A DNA stretch of 64,000 nt from an uncultured Hydrogenophaga sp. (GTDB lineage Bacteria; Pseudomonadota; Gammaproteobacteria; Burkholderiales; Burkholderiaceae_C): contig CAYFFJ010000003.1 of NCBI GenBank assembly GCA_964342395.1, positions 2,181 through 66,180 of the forward strand, read 5' to 3'. The stretch's first letter is position 1. Every line of letters starts with the position of its first letter. The position numbers and the translations under genes are program-made. The notes beneath the pieces are model-generated. The model worked only from the letters and a program-made list of their open reading frames with translations. It was not told the origin of the DNA and searched no databases. This document shows, one piece after another, positions 59,513 to 64,000 of the stretch.

Positions 59513-61879
59513 GCACACCGTGCGCACCTGCTTCAAATCGGTCAGGCCCATCAGCACCTTTTCCATGCCGTCCATCTTCAGGCTGCGCATCCCTGCTTCC
59601 ACGCAGGCCGTGAACAGCTGGGCCACGCGGGCGCGCTCTTGGATGAGCTGGCGGGTGGTGTCGTCTGCCACCAGCAGCTCGTGCAAGCCCACGCGGCCTT
59701 TGTAGCCCGTGTCGCGGCATTTGTCACAGCCTTTCGCGCGGTACAGGTGCAGGCGGCCACTGGCGTCGCCATACAGCCGAGCCCAGCCATTCAACAACTC
59801 TTGCGCTGCGTCTGCACGGTTGGCGGCCCACGCGGGGGTGTGGGCGAGTTCCTGCGTGTACTCGGCCACAAACAGGCGCAACTCGTCTGCGGTGGGCTCA
59901 TAGGCTTCTTTGCAGCTGCACAGGCGCTTGGCCAGGCGCTGGGCCAGGATACCCAGCAGGGCGTCGGCAAAGTTGAAAGGGTCCATACCCATGTCGAGCA
60001 GGCGGGTGATGGACTCGGGCGCTGAATTGGTGTGCAGGGTGGAGAACACCAGGTGCCCGGTGAGCGAGGCTTCCACGCCCATGCCGACGGTTTCTTTGTC
60101 GCGGCTTTCGCCCACCATGATGATGTCGGGGTCGGCCCTCAAAAAGGCCCGCATCACCAGCGCGAAGTCGATGCCGGCTTTTTTGTTCACCTGCACCTGC
60201 CGCAGCCCTTTTTGGGTGATTTCCACGGGGTCTTCGGCCGTCCAGATTTTGGTGTCGGGCGTGTTGAGGTGTTTGAGGATGGAGTGCAGCGTGGTGGTTT
60301 TGCCCGAGCCGGTGGGGCCGCACACGTAAAACAGGCCGTAGGGCTTGCCAATGGTGGCTTCGAGCCGTTGGCGGTTGTGCTCGGTCAACCCCAATTGCGC
60401 CAGGGCAATGGGCTCGCCCGCCGTCAGCAGGCGCATGACCACGTCTTCCACCCCGCCCGCAGACGGCAATGTGGCCACCCGCAGCTCGATGTCGAGGGGG
60501 CCGAATTTTTTGAATTTGATTTTTCCGTCTTGTGGCTTGCGCTTTTCGGAAATGTCCAAGTCGCACATGATTTTGATGCGGGCCACAAAACTGTCGCGGT
60601 AGGCAGCGGGCACTTCGGCGTAGGGCTGCAAAGAGCCGTCGATGCGAAAACGGATGCTGGCCTTGGCTTTGCCAGGCTGGGGCTCGAAGTGGATGTCAGA
60701 CGCGCCTTGGCGGTGGGCATCGACAATGACTTTGTTGACAAATTTGACCAGCTCGTTGTCTTGCGCGGCGCTCGCCAGCCCTGGGTCGGGGGTGTCGTCA
60801 TCGTCCTGCGACAGCGGGGTGTCGGTCAGCATGTCCTCAGGGCCGTAGGACTCTGGCCCCGCGCCCAGCAGCTGCGCCACGGTTTGGGCAAATTCGCTGG
60901 CCGTGGTCACGGCAAACACCAAGCGGGGAAACTGCGGGAACACCTGGGGCACCAGCTTGCCGTTGCGGGCGTCTTCGGGGTCGACCGCCAGAATGAGCAG
61001 GCCCTCGGGGCCCTCTTCCAGGGGCAACCACTGGCACTCGGCCACAAAGTCGGTTTTGAGCTTGGCATGCAAGGCTTCGGAGCGGATGCGCTTGGCATCG
61101 AAACCCACGTAGGGCGCCCCAAAAAAATGCGCGAGCGAGCGCCCCAGTTGCGGGGCGGTGACCTGCATGTCGGCCATGAGCACCTGCTCCACGTGCACGC
61201 GGTCTTCGCGGGCCTTGGCCATGCACCGGGCCAGCTCGTCGGCAGACACCACGCCATCTACCACCAAGCCGGCGTATTTCGACACCGCAGGCCACGCCAC
61301 CGTTTGGGCCGCCAACACGCGGTGGCGAATGGCGGACGACAGCGTTTGGCACAGCTTGGTCACACCCTCCTGGGCCAACGCAGAAAAAGCGCGGCCATCA
61401 CGGGCGTTCACCACCTGCAGCACGCCCACCAGGTCAGACCCGCGCAAGATGGGGGCCACCAGCATTTGATGGGTGCGGTAGCCCGAGCGGCGGTCCACTT
61501 CTTTCAGAAAACTCAAGGCTGGGTCGATTTGCCGCAGGGCGGCCTCGTCATACACGTCGGCAATGTTCAGGGTTTTGTGCGTCAGGGCCACATAGCCCGC
61601 AATGCTTTGGGCTGTGATGGGCAGTTTCAGGTCTTTGGCGGTGTTGAGCCCGGTTTTCACACGGGAGACGATGGCTGTTTTGTCGTCGCTCAACACATAC
61701 AGGGTCAAGCGGTCGGCGTTGAGCAGGCCGCAAATGTCCTGGCTCACCTCCACCATCAGCTGGTCCAGGTTGTCGGTGTCGTGGATGCGGGTGGTGACCA
61801 CCTGCAGGTCGCGAAAAAACCGGGCCTCGGCCTCAATATCCCGGGCGGGCCCGTTCACAGCACCCACCTGTGGCCGCAA
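59504..61879 (-). CDS. GAF-domain-fused PilB/GspE-family type IV filament assembly ATPase
   Basis: 791 aa.
- The N-terminal ~190 aa are GAF-like (LNIADVYDE...FLKEVDRRSGYRTHQMLVAPILRG).
- A GspE_N-like domain follows.
- The ATPase core has Walker A GPTGSGKTT, Walker B DPDIIMVGESRD, His box GHLVFSTLHTN and a CxC...CxxC zinc motif.
- An alternative GTG start at 61858 would form GTGA with the upstream stop. Confidence 0.85.
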   Translation of the reverse strand: MRPQVGAVNGPARDIEAEARFFRDLQVVTTRIHDTDNLDQLMVEVSQDICGLLNADRLTLYVLSDDKTAIVSRVKTGLNTAKDLKLPITAQSIAGYVALTHKTLNIADVYDEAALRQIDPALSFLKEVDRRSGYRTHQMLVAPILRGSDLVGVLQVVNARDGRAFSALAQEGVTKLCQTLSSAIRHRVLAAQTVAWPAVSKYAGLVVDGVVSADELARCMAKAREDRVHVEQVLMADMQVTAPQLGRSLAHFFGAPYVGFDAKRIRSEALHAKLKTDFVAECQWLPLEEGPEGLLILAVDPEDARNGKLVPQVFPQFPRLVFAVTTASEFAQTVAQLLGAGPESYGPEDMLTDTPLSQDDDDTPDPGLASAAQDNELVKFVNKVIVDAHRQGASDIHFEPQPGKAKASIRFRIDGSLQPYAEVPAAYRDSFVARIKIMCDLDISEKRKPQDGKIKFKKFGPLDIELRVATLPSAGGVEDVVMRLLTAGEPIALAQLGLTEHNRQRLEATIGKPYGLFYVCGPTGSGKTTTLHSILKHLNTPDTKIWTAEDPVEITQKGLRQVQVNKKAGIDFALVMRAFLRADPDIIMVGESRDKETVGMGVEASLTGHLVFSTLHTNSAPESITRLLDMGMDPFNFADALLGILAQRLAKRLCSCKEAYEPTADELRLFVAEYTQELAHTPAWAANRADAAQELLNGWARLYGDASGRLHLYRAKGCDKCRDTGYKGRVGLHELLVADDTTRQLIQERARVAQLFTACVEAGMRSLKMDGMEKVLMGLTDLKQVRTVCIK

Positions 61880-62670
61880 TGGAGTGCTGAAATGGCCCAG
61901 GGCTTCAAGCCAACGGCTTCACGTGTCTGGTTGAGCTGAGAGATGTCTTGCATGATGGATTCGGCTTCGGCCGGTTTCATGTGGCTGATGTGGATGGGGC
62001 AGCTCATGTCAGGTCGCATCAAGGCCAGTTGGGCGGCCAGCGTGCTGGGGCACAGGTGTTGGCTGAGATGGGCCAGTGCGGCCTCGCGCTCGCTGAAGGC
62101 GGTTTCCATCACCAGCACACCCACCGGCAGCTGGTTGACCCGGTGCCAGAACGCAGGATTGTGGCCCGTGTCACCTGAAAACACCCAATGGGGACGATGC
62201 GGCCCCCGGGCCACCGCGTAGCCCACGGCGGCCACGGTGTGGGTGGCAGGCAAGGCCTCCACGTGCACGCCACCCAGCTGCAGTTGTTGCCCCGTGGCCA
62301 GGGGGTGAAAGCTCACGAAGGGGGCATCAGGGCTGGGCAGGCGGGAAAAATCGGGCCATATCAGGTCGTTGAACACGTGGGCACGCAGCGCGGCCAGGGT
62401 GTCGGGCAAGGCATGCACTTGCAGGGGACGTCCGCGCCGGGTGCCCACCGCATCCAGCATGAGTGGCAGCGCGGCAATGTGGTCCAGGTGCGCGTGGGTC
62501 AGCACCACGTGCTGAATGGCAGCCATTTCGTCCAGGGTAAGGTCGCCCACACCGGTGCCCGCATCGACCAGCAGGTGTTCGTCCACGAGAAACGACGTGG
62601 TGCGGGCACCGCGTGCAATGGCCCCTGCGCAGCCCAGTACCCTCACGCGCAGCGATGCAGGGGTTTTCAT
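61855..62670 (-). CDS. class II 3',5'-cyclic-nucleotide phosphodiesterase (metallo-beta-lactamase fold)
   Basis: Signature HAHLDHIAALP, about 270 aa, with no signal peptide. Its ATG overlaps the cyclase stop (ATGA). Confidence 0.75.
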   Translation of the reverse strand: MKTPASLRVRVLGCAGAIARGARTTSFLVDEHLLVDAGTGVGDLTLDEMAAIQHVVLTHAHLDHIAALPLMLDAVGTRRGRPLQVHALPDTLAALRAHVFNDLIWPDFSRLPSPDAPFVSFHPLATGQQLQLGGVHVEALPATHTVAAVGYAVARGPHRPHWVFSGDTGHNPAFWHRVNQLPVGVLVMETAFSEREAALAHLSQHLCPSTLAAQLALMRPDMSCPIHISHMKPAEAESIMQDISQLNQTREAVGLKPWAISALHCGHRWVL

Positions 62671-64000
62671 TTGGAGTCAAACCGTGTCGTGCCATCCCAG
62701 TGGGGGCTGGGGGGATGGGCTCGCGCGAGCTGCACGCGTTGGGCGTAAAAGGCATACAGCGGGCGCGATGGGCACAGCCGCATCACGTTCAACAGGTGCA
62801 CGTCACAGGCGTCCCAGTCTTGGGCCCGGTACGCCTTGGGCACGGGCGCCCAAAGCCGAAGCTCTTCTTGACGCGCACCGGGTGTGGCCCCGGCCTCAGG
62901 GCGCAACAGGGTGTAGACGGTGACGGTTTTTTCCCGGCCTTTCACGGCCACGGTGTCCACCTCTTGCCACGCAAAGTCGGGCGCGTGGCGGCGGGTGTCT
63001 TCGCTCACCAGCCAGTCCACGCCGTAATGGCGGGTCAACCCCTCCAACCGGGCGGCCAGGTTCACGGCGTCGCCCATCACGGTGTAGCTGCGGCGGATGT
63101 CCGAACCCATGTCGCCCACCAGCATGGGGCCGGTGTTGAGCCCAATGCCCACGCCCACGGCGGGCCAACCTTTGGCGGCGTGTTCGCGGTTCAGTGCGTC
63201 GATGGCGTCCACCATGTCCAGCGCCGCACGCACGGCCATGCTGGCGTGTGCCTGCGCATCGACCGGGGCGCCCCAGAAAGCCATGATGCAGTCGCCCATG
63301 TATTTGTCGATGGTGCCCTGGTGGGCACTCACCACATGGGTCAAGCGGCTGAACACGGTGTTGAGCAGGGTCTGCAGTTGTGCCGGCGGCATGTTTTCAG
63401 ACAGTTGGGTGAAGCCGCGCATGTCGCAAAACATGACCGTCAACTCCCGTGAGGCTGCCTGCATGTTGTAGCGATCAGGGTCTTTGACCATTTCGTCCAC
63501 CAGCTCAGGGGGCACGTAGGTGCCAAACAACTGGGCCAATTCCCGCTTGGAGCGGCTTTCCACAAAATAGCCATAACTCATGTTGAGCGCAAACGCCGTC
63601 AAGGCCACGAACAACGGTGATGCCAGGGGCAAGACCAGCCCTTGAGCGGTGTAAAGCCACATGTCGAGCGACACCGCAGCCAGCAACACCCCCACACTCA
63701 ACAGCGTGGCGGGGGTAGCCCCCAACCAGGGCAAGGTCAAGGCCAGCAACAAACCCACCACCAGGGTGATCACCAGCTCATAGCCCAATGCGTAGTCGGG
63801 CTTGACCAGCATACGACCGTCCAGAAAAGCCGACAGCAGGTTGGCATGCACTTCCACGCCTGGGTATACCAGACCCACCGGCGTGGCACGCAAATCCAAC
63901 AAGCCAGGGGCGGTGGTGCCCACCAGCACCAATTTGTCTTTCAACGACGCGGCGGCCACCCGCCCGGTGAGCAAATCGGTGGCAGACACATACCGAAACC
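62667..64000 (-). CDS. CHASE2-sensor class III adenylate/guanylate cyclase; 3' part, gene runs off the right edge
   Basis: The frame is open to the window end. It has a CHASE2 C-terminal portion (LVLVGTTAPGLLDLRATP), TM helices and a cyclase domain (TVMFCDMRGFT, IDKYMGDCIMAFWG, GDAVNLAARLE). Confidence 0.85.
   Translation of the reverse strand, partial: FRYVSATDLLTGRVAAASLKDKLVLVGTTAPGLLDLRATPVGLVYPGVEVHANLLSAFLDGRMLVKPDYALGYELVITLVVGLLLALTLPWLGATPATLLSVGVLLAAVSLDMWLYTAQGLVLPLASPLFVALTAFALNMSYGYFVESRSKRELAQLFGTYVPPELVDEMVKDPDRYNMQAASRELTVMFCDMRGFTQLSENMPPAQLQTLLNTVFSRLTHVVSAHQGTIDKYMGDCIMAFWGAPVDAQAHASMAVRAALDMVDAIDALNREHAAKGWPAVGVGIGLNTGPMLVGDMGSDIRRSYTVMGDAVNLAARLEGLTRHYGVDWLVSEDTRRHAPDFAWQEVDTVAVKGREKTVTVYTLLRPEAGATPGARQEELRLWAPVPKAYRAQDWDACDVHLLNVMRLCPSRPLYAFYAQRVQLARAHPPSPHWDGTTRFDSK

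Noticed and set aside
62667-64000. Reading the cyclase plus downstream genes as a CBASS- or Pycsar-like anti-phage signalling system
   Set aside because: The cyclase is a membrane CHASE2-sensor class III enzyme, not a CD-NTase or Pycsar-type cyclase. The nucleotide-reading partner is a pilus-type ATPase rather than a killing effector. No phage-defence neighbours are visible.

Overview
High-GC chromosomal segment, probably from a betaproteobacterium of the Burkholderiales/Comamonadaceae type. That guess rests on the Bug/TctC binding protein, the gene content and the GC-driven antisense shadow ORFs. I found no rRNA, tRNA, CRISPR array, transposase or integrase. All calls are by-eye translation and motif recognition only, with no database searches, and start codons are my best choice.

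Gene content, left to right:
- 1-7.4 kb: a ChvE/GguA-type sugar ABC uptake system plus a non-phosphorylative aldose oxidation set (alpha-ketoglutarate semialdehyde dehydrogenase, LysR regulator, SDR dehydrogenase, lactonase, mutarotase).
- 7.4-26.6 kb: a complete myo-inositol catabolic locus. It holds an RpiR/IolR-type repressor, iolG, a TIM-barrel isomerase, an ABC importer, the iolC fusion, iolD, iolE, iolB and mmsA/iolA. Two paralogous Gfo/Idh/MocA dehydrogenases flank it, and a LacI-linked PhyH-dioxygenase module lies beside it.
- 26.6-57.9 kb: housekeeping genes (ybbN-like, purEK, tsaC, dacB, tsaB-rimI-udg, pyrF, uvrA, ssb, mnmA, pntAB, fadD, mtnN, corA, bepA-like protease, moaC). Small accessory remnants are interspersed: an MNT antitoxin with a truncated HepT, and a decayed Fic-like gene.
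- 57.9-64 kb: a type IV pilin locus.

The two most interesting observations:
1. A co-directional, stop/start-overlapping module on the minus strand: CHASE2 class III cyclase, class II cNMP phosphodiesterase, a PilB/GspE ATPase with an N-terminal cNMP-type GAF domain, then pilin and a TfpZ-like accessory gene. This suggests direct cyclic-nucleotide gating of a type IV filament motor.
2. A family of about 55-65 bp AT-rich interspersed repeats with core CAATACAGACAAGCG-N-TAGGC, at least 8 copies. They lie in intergenic DNA and also in frame inside essential genes: uvrA, purK, ybbN and the signal peptide of an M48 protease. They also supply the stop codons of pyrF and the GspE-like gene. This resembles the Rickettsia palindromic elements.
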